A program made the position numbers and the translations under genes. DNA of 62,910 bases, counting the filler, from Bonamia ostreae (lineage: Eukaryota): assembly GCA_040357525.1 (NCBI GenBank). It is 38 parts of 38 records of this genome, joined end to end, with 100 filler letters (N's around TTAATTAATTAA, not from the genome) between each part and the next. Parts side by side here need not be neighbours in the genome. Positions count along the whole stretch, not along the records: positions 38,244 to 39,799 come from JBDODL010001632.1; positions 39,900 to 41,454 come from JBDODL010001633.1; positions 41,555 to 43,108 come from JBDODL010001634.1; positions 43,209 to 44,762 come from JBDODL010001635.1; positions 44,863 to 46,414 come from JBDODL010001636.1; positions 46,515 to 48,066 come from JBDODL010001637.1; positions 48,167 to 49,718 come from JBDODL010001638.1; positions 49,819 to 51,369 come from JBDODL010001639.1; 30 more parts are not named here. One strand, written 5' to 3'. This document shows positions 39,213 through 51,369 of the stretch, in pieces. The first letter of the stretch is position 1, and every line of letters starts with the position of its first letter. Under the pieces are notes generated by a model. The model was given only the letters and a program-made list of their open reading frames with translations. It had not been told where the DNA came from and did not search any database.

Positions 39213-39799
39213 ATGAGTTATGGCGATTCAAATTTTGAAAGTTTAAATAAAATTAAAAACAAGATAGCTTTGGACTAAAATTAAAAAAGATCGACTGGTC
39301 AAAAGCGGACAGTTCCAGAAACGACTCAAATAACAAATCCTTTCATCAGATTTCCGAAGAAGCTAATCTTATCGATAAAAAAAATGTTTTTCAGATTGCA
39401 AAAATTTGCAAAAAAGCAAATTTTAAATGCACTTTTTGTCAACATTCAAATTTTTGAATGCGACGAAAAAAGGTTAAAGAATTTAGAAATGCTCTAGGAA
39501 TAAAAGTTAGTGAGAAAGACACTCCAAATCCAGTGATCGACTTTCAAATGGCCAACTTCCCGTCGTTTATATTAGAAGCAATGGAGGAGAAGGGGTTTAA
39601 GAAGCCGACGCCGATTCAGTCTCAAACATGGCCGATTGTTTTTGCTGGACGCAATATGATTGGAGTCGCTGAAACAGGTTCTGGAAAAACTTTGGCATTT
39701 GCTCTTCCGGCTATTCGTAATGTCTTATCTCTCGTTTTTTAATTGCAAGAATTTACAGATATTTTGCGTTTTTTGAACATTTGTAAATTTGTGAAGACG
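39213..39799 (+). CDS. DEAD-box RNA helicase DBP2/DDX5-like (5' part)
   Basis: [15 protein letters not shown] motif [14 protein letters not shown] and motif [10 protein letters not shown] 23-nt intron lies at 39241-39263, plus a longer GTTTT..AAG intron. Confidence 0.88.
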
Positions 39800-39899
39800 N
39801 NNNNNNNNNNNNNNNNNNNNNNNNNNNNNNNNNNNNNNNNNNNTTAATTAATTAANNNNNNNNNNNNNNNNNNNNNNNNNNNNNNNNNNNNNNNNNNNN

Positions 39900-41118
39900 A
39901 TTTAACAAATTTAACAAAATTTAAAAACTCTGCGTACCCATTTTCGCAAATTTGACATTTTAACAACTTGTCTTTTCTCTTAAAAACCGTTAAAGGATAA
40001 CAATAGTAATTTTGGATGTCATCTTTAGAGACCATTCTATTTTATAAAATTTTAGCGAAACCTCATTTCTTTAACGACAACAAAATGTTTGCAGTAACCT
40101 TTGTGACAATAATAATAGATCGAATCGATTCTGAGATCGACTTCTTTAATTCGTTTGTCCATTCTTTTCGGAAGCGCGTTGAAAGTAAAGTTTGTTGAGA
40201 CATTTTCGTTGTTTTTCGCCCAATTTCTTATTTCAGCAGAATAAGAGCCGTTTCCATGTTCATAAAAATCTCCTTCGATGAAGAAGTATCCGTTATTTTT
40301 GGTTTCGATGTCTTTTAGAATGTGTTTGTTTTTGTCCAAAAGTTTGTTTTTGATATTGAAGCCATTTATGGATTGCGAGTAGTTCGGGCAGTCGATTGAG
40401 TTTCGTAACGAAGATAATGTGTTGTCTCCCAACATTAGAATTTCCTTTATTAATATTTTATCGAACCAGAAAAGGCGCGTTTTCACCAAAATTTGTAATT
40501 TCTATTCGAAACAATAAGGAATTTGAAGCGATTTGTTTGTATCCTTTGGTGAAGACAGTCTTTTTTAAGAAAGATTCTAGAATTTGGTTAGTAATGGAAT
40601 TGTTTTTGCTTTCTTTGAGATTCTTGTTGCAAGTTTTGTAATTTTGCCGTTTTCTTCAAAATTTTATAAAATCATTTTTACAAATTAAAACATTTTTTCA
40701 ATGGCGTCTTTAAATTTTTTTATGTCTGGAATATTTATCGAATGCGCTTTTGCATACGCCGTTTCCTTGCTTTCTTTGGTCAACCAGTGGTTCCAACCGG
40801 AAATAAAATTTGCATTAGCTCCAATAAAACTTTCTATCTCTTCTTCAAACGACTTTATTTTCAGGTCTTCGATGGAAAAATCGTCTTTATTTTTTTGCAA
40901 AAACCATTTTTTGAATATTTCGAGTATTTTTTCTCCAGTTTTGAGAGATTTGACAATAATTTTGAATACTTTTTAACAAATAAATCGCTTTTGACTATGT
41001 TGTGGTCGCCTGTGCGCAAATATTCAAGGTCGGAATTTGAGATCGTTTTGTTTTTAGATGTTTTGTAGTTGTATTTGCGTTTTAAATTGAGACTTTCGAG
41101 TGCGTTTTTTCTGTGCAT
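39900..41118 (-). CDS. SNAPC3: snRNA-activating protein complex subunit 3 (SNAP50), 3' partial
   Basis: LGDNTLSSLRNSIDC, GYFFIEGDFY, DLRIDSIYYYCHKGYCKH and YPL...CQIC. One continuous frame from ATG 41118 after removing introns of 20 nt (40885-40904), 38, 22 (40445-40466) and 25 (40037-40061). Confidence 0.85.
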
Positions 41119-41191
41119 AACAACAAACAGAAATTTGGACAAAACAGTTATTATATTTAATAAACTAAAATATATTTAGTCGTCGAGAAAA

Positions 41192-41454
41192 ATGGCTGAT
41201 TCTAGATCGCCTAGTTATATAGTTAAGAATGAGAATTTTAGGGACTATTCTAAATTAGCAGAAAAGTACCCCTTTTTCGCGAAGCAGTAACAATATTTAA
41301 TATTTAGCGTCATAAAGGGCAGAAAGGGTTATTTAAAATTAAACTGGAAAAATCCAGAATCAATTTATTGCTTAACTAAAGCCATTCTCGATAACGATTT
41401 TGGACTAAAATTCGAAATTCCCCTCGAAAATCTGTGTCCCCCTGTTCCACAGAG
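41192..41454 (+). CDS. METTL16: U6 snRNA m6A methyltransferase METTL16, N-terminal part (missed by the ORF track)
   Basis: After removing a 21-nt intron (41287-41307): MADSRSPSYIVKNENFRDYSKLAEKYPFFAKHVIKGRKGYLKLNWKNPESIYCLTKAILDNDFGLKFEIPLENLCPPVPQR. This matches the METTL16 N-terminus (LA.KYP.F..H...LT..LL..DFGL..DIP...L.P.VP.R). Confidence 0.88.
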
Positions 41455-42124
41455 NNNNNNNNNNNNNNNNNNNNNNNNNNNNNNNNNNNNNNNNNNNNTT
41501 AATTAATTAANNNNNNNNNNNNNNNNNNNNNNNNNNNNNNNNNNNNNNNNNNNNCCGGCAATTGCAATATCTCCATATGAGTTAGATCTTCTCTAGTGGG
41601 ACGTTAAACATATACAACCGACCAACTTTACTTATATAAAACTTCAGATAAAAAACAAAATTTTCCTCGCCATAACCCTCGGTTTGAAGCTTTAATTATT
41701 GAGAATGATGATCTAATCTAAATCTCATAGCCAATTCAATACATTCCCAATGCCAAATTACTCCCTTCCTAATGCTCATGTTTATTTATGTTTACGGCTT
41801 TGTCTATTCCTTTTCCCACAATATTCAACGTCGCTGGGTAACTAAGTATTATTTCAATTATTCCACAATCATGTCACCCCTCATCATTGTATCGCAAACT
41901 TATAACTAGATATAATTAGATTGGGATGCCACTATCTTTCTGTATATTGATGCAGATAATACAAAGAAATAATATCTCCCTTTGCTTTGATCACTCCAAC
42001 ATGTATTCAACCCTACCCGTTACAGATGAATTGAAGACAACAAACAGTGATGAACATCATACACTCAATAAAGACCAAACATTAAGTACATCGATAACTT
42101 ACCAAACAATTTGCATGTAGATAT

Positions 42125-42265
42125 TACATGGTGGGTGTCACTGGTCAACAGGGGATACGTACTCCTGCTAGGCACTTGGCCTCATCTCTGGTGTATCTAT
42201 GGATCCGTGTTTCATCTTCTTAATAGGAGTGACGAGATTTATCACTGTTGGTTATCTTCACGTTT
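42125..42265 (+). repeat. Host dispersed repeat copy (same family as 34555-34685)
   Basis: ggtgggtgtcactggtcaacaggggatacgtactcctgctaggcacttgg...gagatttatcactgttggttatcttcac. Confidence 0.65.
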
Positions 42266-43247
42266 GCAAAAAGATACAGGGTTCACGACGGGCGAGGAAT
42301 ATTCCGACGAAGAACCTGACTCCATATCTTACTTGTTAACGGGATCATGTTTCCCCTGCTCTTAATGACCCATTCCTTCTAAGATTTATTCAGTGTTCGT
42401 TATCTTTACTTTTCATTTATTTTCTAATCTTAGATATTAATCAATGTTCACTGCTACCGGCGACGAATGTGAAATATATAAATATTCTTGCCTAAATAAT
42501 AAGCCTTCATATTGATACAACATATACAGAAATAAAAATAGATTATACAAGAAATAATTCTGGTATTATATCATATCTAGACTTGATGGTTCCATCTCAC
42601 TGTAGGGTGATACAGTGCATATGTATCATCAATACAAATACACCAAGTGTCCAAAATCACCATAAGATGTGCAAAATACGACAATCAAACAAATATATAC
42701 TCAACCAACTGCATACACTCAAACAGAGCAGGAATGATCCACCATATTAATTTACCCTACCTAAATACTTCCTGGTCGTAAAGTAGGTGTCAAAGGAGTT
42801 GAATAGATATGAATTTGCTTACCAAACACATTACTTTGTTAATTACAGCTTTAACTGGGTTTATCCTTGCCTTTGGATATGGTGTGTATTAATTTTTATC
42901 ATTTTCATCGATAAATGTCTGTTAACTGTCAGCATTTTGCAAATTCAACGTTCCTTATAACGACCTAGTTTCCCCATACAACCCGTCATTCGGTTCAATG
43001 CTGTCTTACATGTTACATACCAATTGTTAGGCTGGTCTTTACACATTGACTTATCCTACTAATTCCTCTGTTTACCTGAACAAGACAGAGGGTCAATACG
43101 GGGTGATTNNNNNNNNNNNNNNNNNNNNNNNNNNNNNNNNNNNNNNNNNNNNTTAATTAATTAANNNNNNNNNNNNNNNNNNNNNNNNNNNNNNNNNNNN
43201 NNNNNNNNATGTAATCTTTACCTTCTGCTCCCACTTTTATCGCAAAG

Positions 43248-43958
43248 TTATCTTCCAATTTTTTGTTTTCTTTGCCATTTTTCTCGCCTTTTTAGTAAAA
43301 TAGAAAAACGTTTAAAGTAAGCCATTTTAACTTTATAATTATGTTCGAAAATAATTTTGGTGGCCCTTGTGATATTATTTTCGCCGATAACCGGCAATAA
43401 CGTCGCGTTTATGTTTATAATTTGTCGTTTGTCGAAATTGGTATAAAAAGCGATTTTTCTGATAAAAGTTTTTACGTCCACAGCGCTCTTACGGAAAATT
43501 TCCATTTTGATGAATTGTGATTTGTTTCTAATTTTCGATTTCATTGAAGTTTCAGGGTAAGTGCAATTTATTGTCACAGGATCTGAATAGTGTCCGTTTA
43601 TTCTCTGCGAAAACGATAATGTTATTTTATCTATTCTTCCGCATTCTTTTTCTTTTTAATTATTTATTTTGCAGTTTTGTGGCATTTTTGCAATTTATTA
43701 AAAATTTCAAATTATAGCAACGAAACCAACAAGAATTTCAGTACTCGTTATTAAAAAAGGATCTTGTAGATCAAAATAGACATGAATTCGATCATAATTT
43801 TTGCCATCGAACATTAATTCCCATTTTTTATCATTTAAAGCGTTAACAACCGAAGACTGATCTTCGTCGCCGAGAGGAAGATATTTAATTGTTGAAATTC
43901 TGTATTTCGAGGAATAGAGATTCAAAAGTGATAATAATGTTATTAAAAAGTGGTTCAT
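43248..43958 (-). CDS. Protist hypothetical protein with a predicted signal peptide
   Basis: Leader MNHFLITLLSLLNLYS. Two ORFs join through an 81-nt GTTT..AAG intron (43646-43726). No family recognised. Confidence 0.55.
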
Positions 43959-44374
43959 TTTATTAAAATTGGTTTGATTGTATTTTATCGAAGTTCGTTT
44001 AAGTTATTTTATTTAACTTTTTTTAATGTTTTATTGCATGGATTCCAGTTTTTAATAGAAATAATAATTTTTGTTTCGTTTTTAATATACAACTTTGTTT
44101 TATTAAAATGTTTTTTTACAAATGCTCTCTTAATTTAAGACAAATTTATTCAGTCAAATTGTATCCACATAATTGTAGAATTTTTGCGTTTTCATAATAA
44201 AAACTAATAATTGTGACTACATAAAAACACTCAAAAACGAGATAATGCAAACTTGCAAAATTATTAACCCGTTCCAAAAATTATTTTCAAAACTATAATT
44301 TTAATTTAAATTAAAAATATACTATTTGCTGCATTTTCAATCAAATTTATAGAACAAAACATTAAATCAAAAAA

Positions 44375-44762
44375 ATGGAACCACAACATGAAACATGTCC
44401 TGCTAAAACATTACGCATATTGGCTACATTAAAAATCTGGCAAATGTCATTAATGGGAATTATCGCTGGATTTGTATTTGGATTTATTGGTAGAGAATTG
44501 AGCCCATCTGGTTTTTTGCTTTATTTTTAGACCATTTTTCAAATTTCTAAAATATTTAAATTTTTCGAACAATTGAATGATTTGAAAATTTTTTCGAATT
44601 GTGACATTTTGTTGGATTTTGAATTATCGAGAATAAATTTTGTTACAAATTTAATAAAAATTAGAGGACATAATAAAAATAATAAAAACTCCCGGGGATC
44701 TTTTTCTGAACAGTTTGAAAGCAATTGTACTAATATTCGTTGTCGTCATTATGCTTAGAACT
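44375..44762 (+). CDS. SLC1/DAACS-family amino acid or dicarboxylate:cation symporter, N-terminal part (missed by the ORF track)
   Basis: After removing intron 44511-44664: GIIAGFVFGFIGRELSPSEDIIKIIKTPGDLFLNSLKAIVLIFVV, which matches the EAAT/GltP TM1-TM2 motif PG.lF...LK.iv. Confidence 0.75.
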
Positions 44763-44862
44763 NNNNNNNNNNNNNNNNNNNNNNNNNNNNNNNNNNNNNN
44801 NNNNNNTTAATTAATTAANNNNNNNNNNNNNNNNNNNNNNNNNNNNNNNNNNNNNNNNNNNN

Positions 44863-45380
44863 CGTTTTTATTTTTGTAGCAATTCTTCATCGATCGCAGA
44901 ATAAGTTTTTTCATTTCGAGAAGATTCTCGTCCTTGTTTCCATCGGTTTCTAAGTTTTTATACACGCTGTCTAATGTCCTCGCAGCCATCTTCCCAACAC
45001 GTTTCTTTTTCCGGTTGAATATCCCGAAGTAAGCTTCCGAAATACTGTAAGCTCTTATCTGTTACAATCAATTAAATTTCCAGTTTAAAAACTTCCGTGC
45101 AAACTCTATTTTTCATCAAACTGATATCCCCGCCATTTTCATGATCGTAAGCGTGGATGAGTTCATGATAAATCGTCGAAGAGGCGGTTAGAATACCGAG
45201 TCTATTTGACAAGAAGATGCGATCGTTTTTGGAATCAAAGACCCCCAACAGAGCCATTGGCGTGGTAGCTATTACTATTTCTAACTCGCCTTTGTTCTTC
45301 TCTTTGCGCAACCGGTTTATTTCTTGGATCAAATCAACGTTTTTCTTATTCGCCAGTGCCATCTTTATCGCAAATTTCAT
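44863..45380 (-). CDS. ATP23: Mitochondrial inner membrane protease ATP23 (peptidase M76), 3' partial
   Basis: HELIHAYD zinc motif, and CTE|IRA joined by a 34-nt GTTTT..CAG intron. The start may extend to about 45454. Confidence 0.85.
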
Positions 45381-46869
45381 TGTCTAAATATCGTTAAAAT
45401 TTGTATACGCTTTTTTGCTAAAATTTTGCTGAATTATGTTAAGCCATTTATTCATTTGACTGCTATTTCGTTTTAAGAGCTTTATCGGTGTCTATACCAT
45501 TCTTTTGATCGGTGTCTATACCAAATCTTCGTTGCTTCGCAGCGTATTTATAGTGATTTAGAGAATCGTCCATCTTTTGATATCTTCATTTTGAGCGAAC
45601 GAGGGATTTTATCGATGATTGTCTTAAAAAAGACGGGCGGATTATTTTTTTACTCGATGACACAATTTTAAAAATTGCAAATCTTTTTTTTCTGGACAAT
45701 TTATTCCATAATGGCCATCTCAAATTAATTTGAATTAAATTTTTAGCAATGGCGTAAAAAACTACCAAAAACCAGTTTAGAGTTTTAACAAAAATTAAAA
45801 CATTGAATTGATAAATATCTGCCGTGGCAACACTTATTGTTTTTACAAATTCTGTAAAACTGCAAAATAACAATTATTGCGACTTAAAATAAACCGATTT
45901 GTAAAAAATAAACCACAAAACTGCTTTTTTCTAGTTTTTGCGGATACCCTTTTTAGCTAAACGTTCAACTAAAATGCAAAATAAACTCAAAGTTTGCTGC
46001 TTAATATCAAAATGCATAAAATCAAAACTCACACTAAAAAGGAGTACAACTGTCTTAAATGTTCAAATATTATAAAGCTATCGGGAGTTAGCAATTTCGA
46101 AAGCCATTATAAAGAAGTTTTGGAAGGAACAAAAAATTTTGAAAAAAGGGAAATCGAGGTTTGTTCTAGGCAAATTCTCAAAACAGCGAGAAAAATAAAA
46201 ACGACGGTCGCGATAGAGGGAAAATCATCGAGTGAAGACCACACTATTTTGTTAAGCGGTTCGTTGAAATCTTACCAGAAAGCTAGAGCTGAAAATAACT
46301 GTTGTGACAAAATCTGTATTTTCAATAACGATAGCGTGGTTGTTTTTTTAACAGCAAAACGGGACATTTTTGTGGAAAGGGCTATTATTTTAAAAAACAA
46401 AGTCAGTTTATTGCNNNNNNNNNNNNNNNNNNNNNNNNNNNNNNNNNNNNNNNNNNNNTTAATTAATTAANNNNNNNNNNNNNNNNNNNNNNNNNNNNNN
46501 NNNNNNNNNNNNNNTGCCATACATACATGTTCATCTAAACAAGTGTTGAAACTATATCACTTTATCAATATCGCATGACAAATTATTACTTCTTGGAAAT
46601 TGATCCTCTATTTAAGGGAATCAAAAATGTTATTATATATAGGTAATCAAATTCAAGGAGTCTAATATGCTAAGTTCAGCACAATTGTTTTAAGATAATC
46701 CAGTATCAACATTTAGAAATTCGAATTGCTGTTACTTTTTGAAAAGGATATGAAGAATCTTAGCCAATCACTTAAAAAGAATACATTGGATTTATGGTCT
46801 GCAAACTTCTACAAATAAGTTCAGCAAGTTAAGCAATTAATGTAATAACAAGCCAAAATTACTTTTGAT

Positions 46870-47720
46870 CAACCCGTTAGCAAGATTCACTGAGGTATCC
46901 TTTTGCAATTTATGGTTGTCCGTTGTCGTTCTTCCGTCGACCGTTAAAACTTGAACATGGTCAACATTTTCAACAGTACATGACCATAATGCATTGTGTC
47001 TTTAAAATATTCTTCTTGACCCCTGAACATCAAACAATCAAACTGAAAATTAGTATAATAATAAAATTATAAGCAAATTCTTGAAATTGGTGATCCCTGA
47101 GTAAGGAGAGCTGGTGCTGGGATTGTAATTTATGGTTCATATAATTAATAGGAGTTATATTAGTTAATAATTCTTCTTGATTCCAAAATATCAGACAACT
47201 AAACTAAGTATGAAATCAGGTGACGATAATGAACATTGATCAATGTCACAAATCCCGTAACGAATACAAAATGGAGAACAGGGCAACTGATAAGAGTTGA
47301 TTATATCTATGTTATGAAATCCATATCCTCTGGGTCTGATGTTTAAGTACCATGATGGAATAAAATGTGTTACTTCTATTAAAAAAAATCTTCTTCTGAA
47401 TTCATGGACATCAAACAACTAATTTAGTACATGACAAAGTAGAGAAAAGAAGCCGCAGCTGTGTAAACTTTAAATTCATGATCCCTCAAGTTAGGGATTA
47501 TGGTAGTAGAGCAGGTTATTATAATGGTTCAGTGGCTTATACAATGAACATGAATTTTCCTTTTTAATTCATTTTCTTAACTCCTGACATGAAACAATAA
47601 AAGTTCTCACACAGCAACAATGACGAGAAAAGTCATTACCATTCATGTCTCCTGGGTTGGGGCTCTGAGATCATGACGTTAAAATCTTCTCAACACCGAA
47701 CAACTAAACTGAACATTTAT
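46870..47720 (+). repeat. Degenerate host tandem array (about 160-220 nt period), satellite or Helentron-associated-like
   Basis: tcttct(t)..ga.atca.acaa(c/t).aaact and atgatccct motifs recur at about 47011, 47171, 47389, 47573 and 47685, after a gtccgt-rich leader. Confidence 0.45.
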
Positions 47721-49819
47721 TCAGAGATTGAAGGTATCTACCGGAACCAAAATATCTTGTCCCAATGCCAAGTTTTAGGCCCCAGAATGGGATAATCTAG
47801 TGGGAAAACATTGAATGTTTATGAATGCTTTCCTTTATTCCCATAAAAGATAATGTAGAGAATAAGTTCATTGCTATAGCCCATGCAACGAATATAGATG
47901 TTACAGAAAAATCACCATTGTTTGTCTTCGCCAATTCCCCCACTTTGCATTTAAGCAACAACGATTTGGTAAAACAGCATTGAAAACTGAAGTTAAAGAC
48001 AAGATACTGTGTGACCATTCATCATTTATTATTATTCATGTACACTTACGCCAAAGAATTTATTCANNNNNNNNNNNNNNNNNNNNNNNNNNNNNNNNNN
48101 NNNNNNNNNNTTAATTAATTAANNNNNNNNNNNNNNNNNNNNNNNNNNNNNNNNNNNNNNNNNNNNATATATACTAAATTTTCATTGAAAATATTTGATA
48201 ATCAAAATAGGACATTGTTTTTATTTACTGACGACCTTGACAATTTTGTTATCAGGTCGGGCCATTACGCACTCAAAAATAAATGTGAGAGTCCTTGCCT
48301 TTACTGAAATTATGCCTCATCATTATATTGAGATGTATAATAAAAGAACTTGTATATTTTATCAATACAACCTACAATTCAGTTCTTGAAATGCACTCAT
48401 TTTGAAACAATATTAAGGTTTACTTCCTTGCAAAATTATCGCACACATTAAAGGTTCCAAAGAGATGGACAAGTCAATTTATATAACCCCCACCCACATT
48501 ATTTTTAACTACTAGGTTTAAAACAAATATTTGCTTCTGCATAGTAGCTGAGACAGTTTATTACACACCTTGCACTCCTCTCTGCTTGTTGCTCATTCAC
48601 CAACCCACTTGAAGTTTCTGTCTCATCTGATGTTTGTTGATCAACTGGAGTGCTGCAAATGAATCTAGTTTTTAAATTCAGTTGATCTGTTTGATTAAAT
48701 TTACATAAAAACTAGGTATAATTGAGATGCTTCTCAATTAATTAAAAGATCCTACCTTTAGAAGGATAAAAATTCTAGGATTAATAAAAATATTATCTCA
48801 GTGTGATTTGGCTAAGATTACTTTTGAAATGATTCTTATTGGATTTAAAAAATAAATAAATATATTTCTCACCAGAAAGAAATAGGCTAAAGATGTTAAA
48901 CAGCAATACATAATTACGACACTAGCAAAATAGGAAATAAAATACTTACATGTCTGAATTGTCAATGTGACTCTCAGCTCTGTTTGAAATATCTCAACAC
49001 ATACATCTTCCTCTTCAGGATCTGGTAGGTCATCACTCATTTTCTGAATAAACAAAGTTCCATTTAATGTACATATATGTACACATATCTAAGTCTACTA
49101 TCTTTCTAATTAGAATGCATGTACATTTTAGTTCCCATTGGAACATATTTACGATTGGTATTTTCATTCTCTTAAGTTTCTATGCTTCACTTTTAAGATA
49201 TTGTTTAAAGCATACCCGACATTCTTTGCCGTGGTCTCTTAAATTTTCAAGATTGATTAGTGAACCACAATTGTGACACTCCTCATAGTCCGACGATACT
49301 AGGGTTTTCTTTGTTTCATCAATGGGTAGTGAACGCTGTATTGGCCGTATATAAATACGACCAGAAGACATTTGTATCAGTTCGTCCACTGCACATGCCC
49401 CAACACTGGCAACATTCAGAAAAACTCTAGAATTTTCCATCGTGCGCATTATTTCGAACCCAACCCCCCCCCCCCCCACCTTTTTCCAGCCTAGGAAATT
49501 CCCTGAAGCACATATAAAGCTGAGTGAACAATACTATACATTAATAATATCATACATACATGTATACTGTATCACACAATTTCAGGAGCATCAAAAACAT
49601 TTCAAGATTAAGAATAAGGTAGCAATATTGGAAAAGGGAAGGGTGTGTGTGTTCCACTTCCCAATGATGAAAAAAGGAGCAAATTTAAAATGCCACTTTT
49701 GTATCTAAATGCAAGGTGNNNNNNNNNNNNNNNNNNNNNNNNNNNNNNNNNNNNNNNNNNNNTTAATTAATTAANNNNNNNNNNNNNNNNNNNNNNNNNN
49801 NNNNNNNNNNNNNNNNNNG

Positions 49820-51369
49820 ATATTATATAAACTGATATATGATGATCAATCGATTCCTCTTACCAAAATCGAGTCAAGAACACAGGTAGCAAAACTGTCG
49901 GCAATACACGATATACTAGAGAAACAATTGGGAGTATCGGAACGAGCAAACACAGGGCTCTCAACAGCATCTTCGGTAGATAACGTGTCAAGATCGCAAC
50001 ATGCCACAGAATTAAAACTGGTATCAGACCTGGTAGATACTATAGTAACAGAAGGAGTCTTACAAGCACATTCGTCAAACCGTATTATAAAGGATCTGAC
50101 CGTAAACGTTGTTGCGGCAATAGGTGATATACAACTGAAACCAGAAAATTACACATTAAACCCATCGACAAATTTGTTAGAGGAAATATCGATACCTCAA
50201 CCAATGTCCACATCAAGACCTATATCAACAGATGCATCGAGGCGAGCATCGAGGCGAGCATTGGAGCGAGCATCGGAGCGAGCATCGGAATCGTCATTAA
50301 GAGACCATTTAGCATCTGTATCAAAATATCTAGCAGAAACTGCAGAAACTGCAGAAACACCTACAATGGGGACATCGTTAGGATCGTCATCAAATGGCCC
50401 TTCGAGAATGCCAACAAACAAATCAACAAGACCCGCATCGATACAGACATTGGATCGATCATTAAAATCATCATCAGCAAATATGCCATCACCAACATTA
50501 CCAAGCTATCCATTCCTATCTACACGATCGCATACATCGTCATCATATGGAGAACCTCCATTAAATTTTTCAATTAAAAATACACAAATACCGACAAATA
50601 GACCATCAACATTGTTATCAAATGGTTCTTCGACAAATCTATCAAACTATCCAACAATGTCCGCATCGATACCTACATTAAGGCAATTAGCAAATGGTTC
50701 ATCAGCAATATCACCGCTATCGCCACTACCTCGCACAGGGGGATTTGGATCGATACCATTTGCATCAGAACGTTCAGCAAATATTTCACCACCACCTGTT
50801 GCACCAAAACGTTCATCAGCAATATCACCGCGATCACAATCACCTCGCACATCAGGGGGAATTGGATCGAAACCATTTGCATCAGAACATTCACCAAAAT
50901 TTTCACCACCACCTGTTATACCAGGACGTTCATCACCATTATTACCACGATCGCCACTACCTCGCACATTAGGGGGATTTGGATCGATGGGATCTACAGC
51001 AGAACGTTCACCAAATATTTCATCGCCAACACGTACACCAACAATTACATCAGGTAATCGATCACGGAGCTCATGTACCAACAGCAATGCAACAGACGGA
51101 AACGGTACGTTTGGTAATCCGAGTCGTATGGTACACGAAGTAGCGGAGAGCGAGTTTGAGACAGAGGAACTTGATGTGAATATACAGGATGCGTCGATGC
51201 GTGAATCGAATAATCGTGGAAGTGCGAATAATACAACCAAATCCTCCCTGGATATGGCGAATAATATGAGGAATGATGAGGAGATGATGAGAGAAGTGAA
51301 TGATATTGAACCGCCGCATGAATCAAGTGTAGATAGTTCTTTAAATACACACAGTAATATTGTTAACTC
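49820..51369 (+). CDS. Intronless S/T/P-rich low-complexity protein fragment, open across the whole contig
   Basis: The frame is open from the contig start (ILYKLIYDDQSIP...) to the end, with a strong bias to A-ending codons (TCA, CCA, ACA, GCA). Confidence 0.75.
50697..51027 (+). repeat. Coding tandem repeat, about 3 units of 114-117 nt (SSAISP..P.PRT.GG.GS.PFASE.S...SPPPV)
   Basis: Units start at 50697, 50811 and 50928, and their lengths are multiples of 3. Confidence 0.9.

Noticed and set aside
36588-41454. Apparent cluster of RPC3, DBP2, SNAPC3 and METTL16 as an RNA-processing locus
   Set aside because: RPC3, DBP2 and the SNAPC3/METTL16 pair are on three separate contigs joined by linkers. 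Only SNAPC3-METTL16 is physically linked.
45994-46414. ORF with a faint SET-domain-like tail (NNCC...FLTAKRDI)
   Set aside because: The motif is too degenerate and is truncated by the contig end.
49180-49479. Host exon with GGFEI..YIRPIQ motif and a CxxC..H..C knuckle
   Set aside because: Probably a real exon of an uncharacterised invertebrate family, but no function can be supported from the sequence.
50197-51350. Several overlapping and antisense ORFs, including a His/Gln-rich one
   Set aside because: Shadow frames produced by the biased codon usage and repeats of the main + strand ORF.
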